Source of the DNA: a bacterium
GTDB lineage: Bacteria; Bacteroidota; Ignavibacteria; UBA10030
Reading direction: 5' to 3'
Length of the DNA stretch: 59,048 nucleotides
Assembly (NCBI GenBank): GCA_043803945.1
Contig: JAZDJN010000070.1
Span: 1-59,048, forward strand
Position 1 is the stretch's first letter; every line of letters begins with the position of its first letter. This document shows, piece by piece, positions 10,314-19,364 of this stretch. The notes beneath the pieces were generated by a model, which was not told where the DNA came from, ran no database searches, and worked only from the letters and a program-made list of their open reading frames with translations. The translations under genes and the position numbers were made by a program.

Positions 10314-11891
10314 ATGATCTATCTAAAACCATCGCTCCGCAGGATGTTGCTGCTTGCTCTTATCTGTTTCAGCATCTACTTCATGACGAATTATGGTGGA
10401 ATTCGCTCGCCGGATAATGAGCTGGTCTTCACGAGTGCCGAACACCTGCTTCATCAAGGGACCTTTGCTGTCGATGGCGGCCTGGATGCCTGGCCCGGAT
10501 TTGGTATTGCCTATGCAGCAAATGGTCATTCATACCCCATCTTCGGTCCGGTACAATCGGTTGTGTTAGTTCCGTTTGTGGCGTTTGGCGAGGTGCTCGC
10601 ATCGACCGGATGGTATCAAACGATGGGTGAAAAACAACCGCGGAGCCATCTGATCGAAAATGGATTGCTGGAAGGATTGTACAGACTCGAAGCCTCAAAA
10701 CCCCTGCCACATGCGGTACGAACCGGAGCATCGCTCTATAACCTGATTGTCACCGTACTCTTGGTGCTCGTCTTCTATCTCATTGTGCTCCGGTTTACTT
10801 TGTCAGAACCGGCATCATTCTTTGGTTCGCTAGTGCTTGGGCTTGGTACGTTGTACTGGAATTATGCACTGACCTTTTTCAGCGAGCCCCTGGCCTCACT
10901 CTTTATGCTGCTTTCGTTTCTTGCACTTGTGTGCGATATCCAGCAAGCGAGTGATGACTACACACCGAAACGATTTTTCCTTTCGGGACTGTTTGCAGGT
11001 CTTGCCGGTGCAACACACATCACCGGAGTGCTCTTCATACCCTTCTTTTTTCTAATTGCGGCAGTGCGGGGTAAGAAGCAGAAATCAGGATTCCTGCTTC
11101 GGTATGGAAATGCGATTTTCTTCATAGCCGGGACGTTCCTCATTCTCTTTGCCATCGGATTATGGAATTATCTTCGCTTTCACAGTTTCTTTGAAACAGG
11201 AAGAGGGATGAGCAACTTCGCTCCTTCGATCCTCGGATATGGTGTTTTTACTTCACCGTTACCAGCTCTTTCTCAATTGCTCATAGGGCCCGGGAAGGGT
11301 TTGTTCCTCTATTCGCCGGCAATCATTTTAGGGGTTTTCGGATGGGTCTATTTTCACCCGAAGCATAGACAGCTTTCTTGGCTTCTTCTTGCGATGATGG
11401 GCGTTCGCTGGATGTTTATCGCGAGTCGGAGTGACTGGCATGGCGGATTCTGTGTGGGACCCCGCTTTCTCCTGATGGTTATCCCATTTTTCATTCTGGT
11501 CTTTGCCTCCTGGTACGCAGCAATGTTACAACAGAAACAAACGACACTCATTGCGGGCGTTTTTATTATTCTCATTCTGGCGACGACACAACAATGGATC
11601 TTTGCCGTGGGCGATGTGTTTAAATATTTGTATATGATCGAATGGTTCTACAGTGGCCAAGGAACGAATCTCTTTAATCATGACCAACTCTATACCGATT
11701 GGTCTTTCACACCGCTCTGGTTTGGAGGAGAGGTGCCCAGAGGTGCATTTTTACTGCGATGGATTCCGTTTTCCAACAGCACAGTACGAATGCTTGGATT
11801 TGTGAGCATTACCTGCTGCTTCACTGCCTATTATCTCATCATCCATACTCGATTGACGAAGCGCAGTTCTGACCTTTCGGCCAGCCGGTGA
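10314..11891 (+). CDS. Polytopic membrane glycosyltransferase of GT-C type (ArnT/PMT-like)
   Basis: Many TM helices, an acidic SPDNE loop after TM1, and motifs FFSEPLA, GKGLFLYSP, WHGG..GPRFL. Confidence 0.65.
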   Translation: MIYLKPSLRRMLLLALICFSIYFMTNYGGIRSPDNELVFTSAEHLLHQGTFAVDGGLDAWPGFGIAYAANGHSYPIFGPVQSVVLVPFVAFGEVLASTGWYQTMGEKQPRSHLIENGLLEGLYRLEASKPLPHAVRTGASLYNLIVTVLLVLVFYLIVLRFTLSEPASFFGSLVLGLGTLYWNYALTFFSEPLASLFMLLSFLALVCDIQQASDDYTPKRFFLSGLFAGLAGATHITGVLFIPFFFLIAAVRGKKQKSGFLLRYGNAIFFIAGTFLILFAIGLWNYLRFHSFFETGRGMSNFAPSILGYGVFTSPLPALSQLLIGPGKGLFLYSPAIILGVFGWVYFHPKHRQLSWLLLAMMGVRWMFIASRSDWHGGFCVGPRFLLMVIPFFILVFASWYAAMLQQKQTTLIAGVFIILILATTQQWIFAVGDVFKYLYMIEWFYSGQGTNLFNHDQLYTDWSFTPLWFGGEVPRGAFLLRWIPFSNSTVRMLGFVSITCCFTAYYLIIHTRLTKRSSDLSASR

Positions 11892-11996
11892 ATACACTGC
11901 TGTTGCAGGCTCTTTCATTCTCTTCTCTTTGTGCCTTCACTATGGAATGGCCGAAGACGAACTTCATGAAAATTTTTTATTGCTTTTCTGAAACAT

Positions 11997-12016
11997 TTAT
12001 CGTAATATTACGATAA
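11997..12016. promoter_or_regulatory. ArsR operator palindrome
   Basis: Perfect 20-bp palindrome TTATCGTAATATTACGATAA ending 7 bp before the arsR ATG. Confidence 0.75.
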
Positions 12017-12023
12017 GAAGACT

Positions 12024-12344
12024 ATGGGACTTTCAAAGAAAGAAGCGTTCAGTGAACATCACAACCGGATTGCGGAGCTCGCAAAGGCATTGGCGCATCC
12101 TGCTCGAGTAGCGATCCTTGAGGTTCTTGCCCGACGAAATGACTGTGTCTGCGGCGATATTGTGAATGAACTTCCATTATCACAAGCAACTGTTTCGCAG
12201 CACCTGGCAGAATTAAAGCGAATCGGCCTTATTACAGGTGAAGTAGAAGGGCCCCGTGTCTGCTATTGCATCGATCGTCGGGCTTGGAACGAAGCAAAAC
12301 AATTACTTTCACAATTTCTTACCAACATTAAGCAATGCTGTTGA
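12024..12344 (+). CDS. arsR: ArsR/SmtB family metalloregulator
   Basis: [32 protein letters not shown], and a C-terminal CC. Confidence 0.9.
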   Translation: MGLSKKEAFSEHHNRIAELAKALAHPARVAILEVLARRNDCVCGDIVNELPLSQATVSQHLAELKRIGLITGEVEGPRVCYCIDRRAWNEAKQLLSQFLTNIKQCC

Positions 12345-12394
12345 TAATTTCGTTTGTCATCATGCATGGCGATAATTAATCTGAAAGGATAATC

Positions 12395-13210
12395 ATGATG
12401 AGTACTGATCAAGAGATTAAAGAAATGGTTAAAGAGAAGTATGGTGCAATTGCCGATCAATCAAAAACGCAAAATCAAACATCCTGCTGCGGAAGCAACT
12501 GCGGCTGTTCCGATGTTGAATTTTCGGTTATGGCCGAGGATTATTCAAAGCTTCCGGGGTATGTTGCCGATGCGGACCTTTCGCTCGGATGCGGATTGCC
12601 AACAGAGTTTGCTCAAATCAAACCGGGTGATACCGTGGTTGATCTCGGTTCGGGGGCAGGCAACGATTGTTTTGTTGCTCGCTCAATCGCCGGGGACACC
12701 GGGCTGGTCATCGGGGTTGATATGACGGAGCAGATGATAGAAAAGGCACGGGTCAATGCGATCAAACTCGGCTTTTCGAATGTCGAGTTCCGTCTTGGTG
12801 ACATCGAGAGCCTTCCGATTGAAGACAACATTACAGACGTTGTTGTGAGTAATTGCGTCATGAATCTTGTTCCCAACAAACAAAAAGCATTTGCAGAAAC
12901 TTTTCGAATCCTAAAGCCCGGGGGCCATTTCAGCATTTCAGATATTGTGCTTCAAGGTGAACTTCCCGATCACCTTCGTACTGCAGCAGTACTCTATGCC
13001 GGTTGTGTTGCCGGCGCACAGCAGAGGGAAGAATATCTGGCCACAATCCGCAACGCAGGATTTACCGAGGTCGTTGTACAAAAAGAACGGAAGATCGATA
13101 TCCCGAATGAGGTGCTCATCCAGGCTCTCACACTGGAACAATTGCGGGAGTTTAAGAAAAGCAGGGTAGGGGTTTTTAGCGTAACAGTGTATGCTGCAAA
13201 ACCGATGTAA
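12395..13210 (+). CDS. arsM: Arsenite S-adenosylmethionine methyltransferase
   Basis: Cys-rich N-terminus SCCGSNCGC, SLGCGLP, SAM motif VDLGSGAGND, SNCVMNL and AGCVAGA; lies downstream of arsR. Confidence 0.92.
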   Translation: MMSTDQEIKEMVKEKYGAIADQSKTQNQTSCCGSNCGCSDVEFSVMAEDYSKLPGYVADADLSLGCGLPTEFAQIKPGDTVVDLGSGAGNDCFVARSIAGDTGLVIGVDMTEQMIEKARVNAIKLGFSNVEFRLGDIESLPIEDNITDVVVSNCVMNLVPNKQKAFAETFRILKPGGHFSISDIVLQGELPDHLRTAAVLYAGCVAGAQQREEYLATIRNAGFTEVVVQKERKIDIPNEVLIQALTLEQLREFKKSRVGVFSVTVYAAKPM

Positions 13211-13229
13211 TTCCCGTCGATGGCAAAGG

Positions 13230-13461
13230 TTGCTGGAAACTTCTCAACAACCGGAATGAATGCAACTTTATAATGGCCAACGGGGATACTAAGTTTGTAT
13301 GAAAAGATACGCATGCCAATAGTGGTCTCTTTGGGGGATCTACCTTCTATAGTCACTTCTACGAGGTATTGTAGAAGATTTCGATATCGTTGAGAATCCT
13401 CAAATTCAGTACTTTCAAGAATATCAGAGAGGATTTCTCGTATTTGGGATTGATCTATCAA
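13230..13461 (-). pseudogene. Truncated, internally deleted paralog of the membrane-anchored wHTH regulator at 17552-18808
   Basis: IDQSQIREILSDILESTEFEDSQRYRNLLQYLVE...PKETTIGMRIF|SYKLSIPVGHYKVAF aligns to the intact gene with a 36-codon in-frame deletion. The TM and periplasmic domains are missing. Confidence 0.85.
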
Positions 13462-13482
13462 AGGTGAATTCTCGTGCAAAAC

Positions 13483-13541
13483 CTACCGTCATTTACCCGT
13501 TAATTCAAGTCCTCAAAACGGTTTTTATCTTGCGTAACGGA
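13483..13541. promoter_or_regulatory. Conserved 59-bp promoter/operator element, copy 1
   Basis: Matches 18830-18888 at 51 of 59 positions and lies at the same distance from the TTG start of the regulator paralog. Confidence 0.7.
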
Positions 13542-13803
13542 CTGACAATCCTATTTTCTCATGCTTACTCTTATATTGGGGAAAAGTGCAATAGTTACCC
13601 GGAAGGAAGAAAGAACAATCTCCCCCAAAAAAATATGGGAACATCCCCCCTGCAGTTCCAGACACTTAGAGGAACATTTATAGAGCTATCATCATTTCAT
13701 TAGCTCAGGGTGGTGTGATATGCATGGTGTAATTTCTTGCGGGTCTTTCAAGCGGCATAGAATCCCAATTAATTTTTTGAACAACGATAACACTGAGACC
13801 TCC

Positions 13804-14568
13804 ATGAAAAGATTATTATTGATCTTCGTTCTGACTCTATACTATGCCTGTCAGATTTATGCGCAGGAAAAAGCATCACATGACCAGCGGATGCAATAGT
13901 GGCGTGATGCTCGCTTCGGTATGTTTATCCATTGGGGTGTGTATTCTGTGCCGGCCGGCGTGTATAAAGGGCAAAAGATTAACCGCATCGGTGAATGGAT
14001 AATAAACAGGGGTAAAATACCCGTTGCCGAGTACCAGGCATTCGCTAGGTAATTCAATCCGGGGAACTATGATCCGGAGGCCTGGGTGAAAATGGCAAAA
14101 GATGCCGGCATGAACTATCTGGTCATCACGGCAAAACATCACGACGGATTTGCCATGTTCAACAGCAAGGCGAGCAAATGGAATATTGTCGATGCTACAC
14201 CCTATGGGAAAGATGTTCTGAAACCGCTTGCCGCCGCCTGCAAAAAATATGGACTTAAGTTTGGCAGCTATTATTCTCAAGCACAGGATTGGAATAATTC
14301 GGGCGGATCAGCAGCGCGAAAAGTTACATCAGAGAGTTGACTTAATCCCGATTCTGTAAAAATTGATAAATACACACAAGATAACAATGGTCATTGGGAT
14401 CCTGTCCAGACCTCCGCCAGCATGGCTGAATATATCGATAAGGTTTCTGTGCCGCAGATATAAGAACTCTTGACCAATTATGGGGAAGTGTCCGTGCTCT
14501 GGTGGGACACACCGAGCGGGATGACCGACGACTATGCCGAAAAATTGCAGGCGCTGTTAAAACTTTAG
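13804..14568 (+). pseudogene. GH29 alpha-L-fucosidase pseudogene (5' part)
   Basis: Signal peptide, [18 protein letters not shown] and LWWDTP in one frame, interrupted by stops at 13897, 14050, 14338 and 14461 and ending at TAG 14566. The C-terminal part is absent. Confidence 0.9.
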
Positions 14569-14692
14569 TATTATTTCAAGAGATTAAAAATTATACAAGG
14601 ATAAAATATTATATTCATCAGTATATGCTCTACTGTTGCCTTACAATGTAATGCCCATGTCAACAATTAATGAAAGTGAGGATGATCATCAA

Positions 14693-16114
14693 GTGAACAA
14701 TCGAGCTAAAGCACTCTTGATTATACTTCAGCGTCTATTCCTTTTATCGCTTATTCTTATTTCGTTCCTCTTCTCGTCCCCTCAAAACCGGGATTGGGTT
14801 TCACTTTTCAATGGGAAAAATCTTGACGGATGGCAGTTGTTAAATGGTACAGCAAAGTACACTGTTGAAAACGGTGAGATCGTCGGTACATCGAAAATGA
14901 AAACTCCCAACTCATTTCTCGTGACCAAGGAGGTTTATACTAATTTCATCCTCGAATATGATATTAAAATGGACGAGGGTCTGAACTCAGGGGTTCAGAT
15001 CAGGAGTAAAAGCATTGAATCGTACCAAAACGGACGTGTGCACGGACTGCAAATTGAATGCGAAGATTCCAAACGGAGCTGGGCCGGCGGAATTTATGAT
15101 GAAGCTCGAAAAGGCTGGCGATATCCTTTGGAGTACAATCCCAAAGCGAAATCGGCCTACAACATGGAGAAGTGGAACAAGTTTAAGGTGGCTGCAATCG
15201 GGAATCGTATTATCGTGTGGGTGAATGGTATCCCCACGGCAAACTTGCTGGAAGAGGAAGTGGAAACAGGATTTTTCGGACTGCAGGTTCATGACATAGG
15301 GAACGACACAGCATTGGAAGGGAAACAGATCAGGTGGAGAAACATTCGTATGAAGCCGGCGACAGCAACCGATCTTAAAACCATCGGGAAGATCGATGCC
15401 CCTGAAGTGAGCTACCTCTCCAATGAACTCACCGACCGTGAAAAGTCGGATGGATGGAAACTTTTGTGGGATGGGAAAACCACCAATGGTTGGCGCGGCG
15501 CAAAGCTTACCAAGTTCCCCGATCAAGGATGGCTCATCAACGAGGGAGTCCTTCAGGTGCAGCCGTCGGATGGCAGCGAATCGATCAATGGAGGCGACCT
15601 CGTGACCGAAAAGAAATACAGGAACTTCATTCTGGAGGTCGATTTTAGTATAACAAAAGGTGCCAACAGCGGCATCAAGTATTTTGTCGATACAGAATTG
15701 AACAAAGGCCAGGGCTCGTCGATCGGATGCGAATTCCAGATCCTTGATGATGAAATTCACCCCGACGCGAAATTGGGTGTCAACGGCAATCGCACAATGG
15801 GATCGCTATATGACCTCATCCGAGCCAACGGCAAAGAGTATAATCCTTATCTCCCGCGCGAAAAATATGTGAATGGCTACAATCAGTGGAACCGCGCCAG
15901 CATCGTGGTGCGCGGCAGCCTCGTACAGCATCACCTCAACGGCCTCAAGGTGGTTGAGTATGATCGAAGCACCCAGCTTTGGCGGGTGTTGGTCGCCTGC
16001 AGCAAATACAAGGATTGGCCTCACTTTGGCGAACAAGAGGTTGGAAATATCTTGCTGCAGGATCATGGCAATGAAGTAAAATTCCAAAATATCAAGATTA
16101 AAGAGCTCCAATAG
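14693..16114 (+). CDS. Tandem DUF1080 (3-keto-disaccharide hydrolase family) protein
   Basis: Two repeats of LF[ND]GK...GW / NSG[VI] / G.IYD / WN...I / LQ.H, with a hydrophobic signal. The start is uncertain (GTG 14693 after GAGGA; ORF from 14636). Confidence 0.88.
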   Translation: MNNRAKALLIILQRLFLLSLILISFLFSSPQNRDWVSLFNGKNLDGWQLLNGTAKYTVENGEIVGTSKMKTPNSFLVTKEVYTNFILEYDIKMDEGLNSGVQIRSKSIESYQNGRVHGLQIECEDSKRSWAGGIYDEARKGWRYPLEYNPKAKSAYNMEKWNKFKVAAIGNRIIVWVNGIPTANLLEEEVETGFFGLQVHDIGNDTALEGKQIRWRNIRMKPATATDLKTIGKIDAPEVSYLSNELTDREKSDGWKLLWDGKTTNGWRGAKLTKFPDQGWLINEGVLQVQPSDGSESINGGDLVTEKKYRNFILEVDFSITKGANSGIKYFVDTELNKGQGSSIGCEFQILDDEIHPDAKLGVNGNRTMGSLYDLIRANGKEYNPYLPREKYVNGYNQWNRASIVVRGSLVQHHLNGLKVVEYDRSTQLWRVLVACSKYKDWPHFGEQEVGNILLQDHGNEVKFQNIKIKELQ

Positions 16115-16193
16115 CATGAGTATCATTAGTCATTGGAAATAAGAAATCGAGTATCATAACATTTGTGTTTCCACCCATTAACAGTGAGGAACA

Positions 16194-17543
16194 ATGAAAG
16201 CCAAAAAGAATTCACGAAGAGACTTCCTTAAAACCACCGCTCTTGGTGCAGCCGGACTTACACTGGGGGCATTGGGAATGAGTGCCAGGAGTTATGCCAG
16301 GATTCTTGGTTCAAACGATCGGCTTAATGTGGCCATCGTTGGTCTTGGCCGCCGCCTAAGTGCTTATTACAAACCGATCGCCGATAACAACAGCAACGTA
16401 CAATTGCTGTACCTTTGCGATGTAATGCAGAGCCAGATGAGCAAAGCGGCGGAGAACTTTTCCAAGCATATTGATTATAAGCCGAAGCTGGAGGGGGATT
16501 TCTTTAAAGTCATTGCCGACCCTGCAATCGATGCAATTATTAATGCAACACCAGACCATTGGCATGCTCCCGGGACCTGGCTGGCAACAGCGGCAGGCAA
16601 ACATGTATACGTTGAGAAACCATGCAGCCATAATCCCTATGAGGGCGAACTTTTAATAAAGGCCCAAAAAAAATTCGGCAAGGTCATCCAAATGGGAAAT
16701 CAACAACGTTCAGCGGCCGAGTCGATAGAGATCATCGGAAAGATCCACGAGGGAATCATCGGCACTCCTTATCTGGCGAAAGCTTTCTATTCCAACAATA
16801 GAGGACGGGTGGTTAATCCAAGAAAAGCCCCCGCACCCCAAGGATTAAATTGGAACCTTTGGCAGGGTCCGGCTCCCAGAAAAGAATACGAGCATGACAC
16901 CTGGGATTACAATTGGCACTGGTATGGATGGGATTATGGGACGGCGGAGACCGGCAATAATGCGACACATGAATACGACATTGCTCGATGGGCCCTGCAG
17001 GTTGAGTTCCCCGAGAAGGTGATTGTCGATGCAGAAAAATACCACTGGATCGATGATGGCTGGACGATGTACGACACAATGGATGCAACGTTTAAGTTCC
17101 CCGGCAACAAAACCATCAAGTGGGATGGAAAGAGCCGCAATAACATGGAGACCTATAATGCGGGGCGCGGTACCATTATCTATGGAACCGAAGGTTCCGT
17201 ATGGTTGGACAGGGGAGGCTACAAACTGTATGACCGTAACGGCAAAGAGACCCGCAGGAGCCAGTCCTCAGGAAATGAAGAGGGGACACAATTAGGCGGC
17301 GGCGGCGACATGTCGACCTTGCATGTACAAAACTTCTTTCAAGCTATCCGTGGAAAAGAAAAACAACGTGCACCCATCGATGAAGGGGCTACCAGTACCC
17401 TTCTCTGTCATTTGTCGAATATCGCCTACCGCACTGGTGAAGTCCTGACGTGTAATCCCAAAAATGGGCACATTACAAACAGCGCAAAGGCAATGGGACT
17501 GTGGAAGCGCAACTATGAAAAAGGATGGGATCCCAATTTTTAA
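16194..17543 (+). CDS. Gfo/Idh/MocA family oxidoreductase, Tat-exported
   Basis: SRRDFLK Tat motif, GLGRR, ATPDHWH, YVEKP, WQGPAP and GNNATH. Confidence 0.9.
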   Translation: MKAKKNSRRDFLKTTALGAAGLTLGALGMSARSYARILGSNDRLNVAIVGLGRRLSAYYKPIADNNSNVQLLYLCDVMQSQMSKAAENFSKHIDYKPKLEGDFFKVIADPAIDAIINATPDHWHAPGTWLATAAGKHVYVEKPCSHNPYEGELLIKAQKKFGKVIQMGNQQRSAAESIEIIGKIHEGIIGTPYLAKAFYSNNRGRVVNPRKAPAPQGLNWNLWQGPAPRKEYEHDTWDYNWHWYGWDYGTAETGNNATHEYDIARWALQVEFPEKVIVDAEKYHWIDDGWTMYDTMDATFKFPGNKTIKWDGKSRNNMETYNAGRGTIIYGTEGSVWLDRGGYKLYDRNGKETRRSQSSGNEEGTQLGGGGDMSTLHVQNFFQAIRGKEKQRAPIDEGATSTLLCHLSNIAYRTGEVLTCNPKNGHITNSAKAMGLWKRNYEKGWDPNF

Positions 17544-17551
17544 TTTTCGAA

Positions 17552-18808
17552 TTACTTTGCATGCAGTGAATCGTTCTCGCCGATGTTGGAGAGACTATGG
17601 AGAGGTTTGTTCGGCAAGAAATGCCGGATATCGTAGTTGAAGATAGCATCGGTCAGGCCCTCTGTACTCAACACAAGTGTAAAATAGAAAGGTTCTGTAA
17701 CAGCGGAGAGCGGAAACTTTGTCTGAATGGCATTGATAAGCGAGTTATCACATGCTGCATGCGTTGCTGCTATGACACCCGTCTCGTGAAAACCGATTAG
17801 CAATAAAATCGTGCTTCCCTCAGGGCCTGCACCCCTGGCGATTACTGAAAAATCCTTCACAAAATCCTCTCCTCGCTGATCCCTGATAGAATACTGGCAG
17901 AGTGAATCCCCCCCTTCACCAAGGATATTGATTGCCTCTGGCATCGACGAATATTCTACCCTGAAAGTATGCAGAAATTTCTTAAAGCTGTACAGCGTCT
18001 TAAACGAACCGATGAAAATGATATTGTTTGTTTTGAAATCGTTATCGGTAAATTGTGATGCAAGCTTTATTGAATATCCATTCGATGCTCTATGGACGAT
18101 CGGTAAAATTTGTGCAATTCCCAATGGCGCACTTGGGCGAATAAATGTAAAGTTGTTCTGCTTGTATCGAGCAGCAAAAGAGGGATTCTTAGCAATTGCC
18201 TGCTGGTAATCCTCTGGAGTATTGATTGTGATTGTTCTATAATACGTACTGACAGGAGCAGTTTGGTCGCGAAGGAAATAATAATCTCCAAGCACAAACA
18301 GTGTCGGTCTTCCACCGGTCCTAACGAAGTCATTCCAAATCGAATTGGGAACCTCGATAGCCTGCCGATCTGATTGAAGATAAGTACTATACTTTACGCC
18401 AAGGAGAAACGAGATCAGCGTTAGAGAGGTTATGAAGACAGACAGAACCAGTCGTCTGCCTTTTCTTCCCAGAATTCTCTTTTTCACTATTGGAACAAAT
18501 TCAACTTTATAGTGGCCGACAGGTATACATAGCTTATGAGTATGAGGTTTTTCTGAGGTATAGTAATAATGTTCTAGTTTTTTGCGAAGGTTATTGATAT
18601 AGACGCGGACGGTGGCGTCTTCCTTCGAATTGAATGTGGCATCCTTCCCAAAGAAACGCATGCCAATCGTGGTCTCTTTCGGTACCCTATCTTCTAAGGA
18701 TTCTTCGACAAGATATTGGAGAAGTTCACGATACCGTTGAGCCTCTTTGAATTCAGGACTCTCCAAGATGTCGGTAAGAACACTCTGTATTTCTACTCGG
18801 TCCACCAA
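17552..18808 (-). CDS. Membrane-anchored one-component regulator: N-terminal winged-HTH-like domain, single TM, periplasmic domain
   Basis: ILESPEF..RYRELLQYLVE..KETTIG..D ATVRVYINNLRKKLEHYY..IPVGHY (OmpR-like wHTH variant), a basic patch, TM LVLSVFITSLTLISFLLGV and a ~270-aa C-terminal domain. TTG start with a GAGGA RBS. Confidence 0.75.
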   Translation of the reverse strand: MVDRVEIQSVLTDILESPEFKEAQRYRELLQYLVEESLEDRVPKETTIGMRFFGKDATFNSKEDATVRVYINNLRKKLEHYYYTSEKPHTHKLCIPVGHYKVEFVPIVKKRILGRKGRRLVLSVFITSLTLISFLLGVKYSTYLQSDRQAIEVPNSIWNDFVRTGGRPTLFVLGDYYFLRDQTAPVSTYYRTITINTPEDYQQAIAKNPSFAARYKQNNFTFIRPSAPLGIAQILPIVHRASNGYSIKLASQFTDNDFKTNNIIFIGSFKTLYSFKKFLHTFRVEYSSMPEAINILGEGGDSLCQYSIRDQRGEDFVKDFSVIARGAGPEGSTILLLIGFHETGVIAATHAACDNSLINAIQTKFPLSAVTEPFYFTLVLSTEGLTDAIFNYDIRHFLPNKPLHSLSNIGENDSLHAK

Positions 18809-18829
18809 TGCAGTTTCCTCAAGCAGATA

Positions 18830-18888
18830 CTACCGTAATTTACCCGTTAATTCAATAGTCCGCAACGGTTTTTATCTTGCGTAACGGA
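18830..18888. promoter_or_regulatory. Conserved 59-bp promoter/operator element, copy 2
   Basis: Minus strand reads TTGAAT-17 bp-TAGTAT (sigma70-like) ahead of the regulator. Contains four CCGT/ACGG boxes and is duplicated at 13483-13541. Confidence 0.7.
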
Positions 18889-19364
18889 TCGAGCGATCAG
18901 TACCTTTACGGCACATTCGGTATTTATTGCAATCAATGTTTCGATCCAAAGTCAAGAATCCTTCAACGTGCTGCCCCCATTCTGGATAAAATTCGGGTAT
19001 TCTCGTAAGGATCGCTTTCTCTCAAGGCCTGTTCGCAACCATATACATGGAGAAGAAAAACACTGATTGCAAGGTTTTAATACAGGAGAAGCCAGGCATG
19101 GCAGGCTCAAGTTCAGACGGTTTTTCCCAATATTCGATTACAGCACTCCACGCGCTGTTGATGTAGACTCACGTAACTATTTCAGCTCTCGCTATGGTTT
19201 GATGACGCTATTTCTGGAAGATCGCCCTTCACGAGCGACTCTATGCCTCTCTTATAGCAAACTTAATTGATGGGAGCACAACGGCGATTTGTTTCGGTAA
19301 TATCTGCAAAATAAATAATCACACCAGTATCCCTTGATGGGACTGGAGAAGGAGGAACTTACAC

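Noticed and set aside
12355-12377. Second ArsR operator between arsR and arsM
   Set aside because: Only an imperfect palindrome sharing the CGATAA half-site; too degenerate to call.
12994-13230. 3' part of the 161-aa minus-strand ORF overlapping arsM
   Set aside because: Chance read-through of the regulator remnant into the arsM antisense strand; similarity to the paralog ends near 13240.
13804-14568. Stop-codon readthrough or recoding of the GH29 gene (several in-frame stops, no frameshift)
   Set aside because: All three stop types occur, each one substitution away from a plausible sense codon. The gene is also truncated, and neighbouring intact genes terminate with TAA, TAG and TGA normally.
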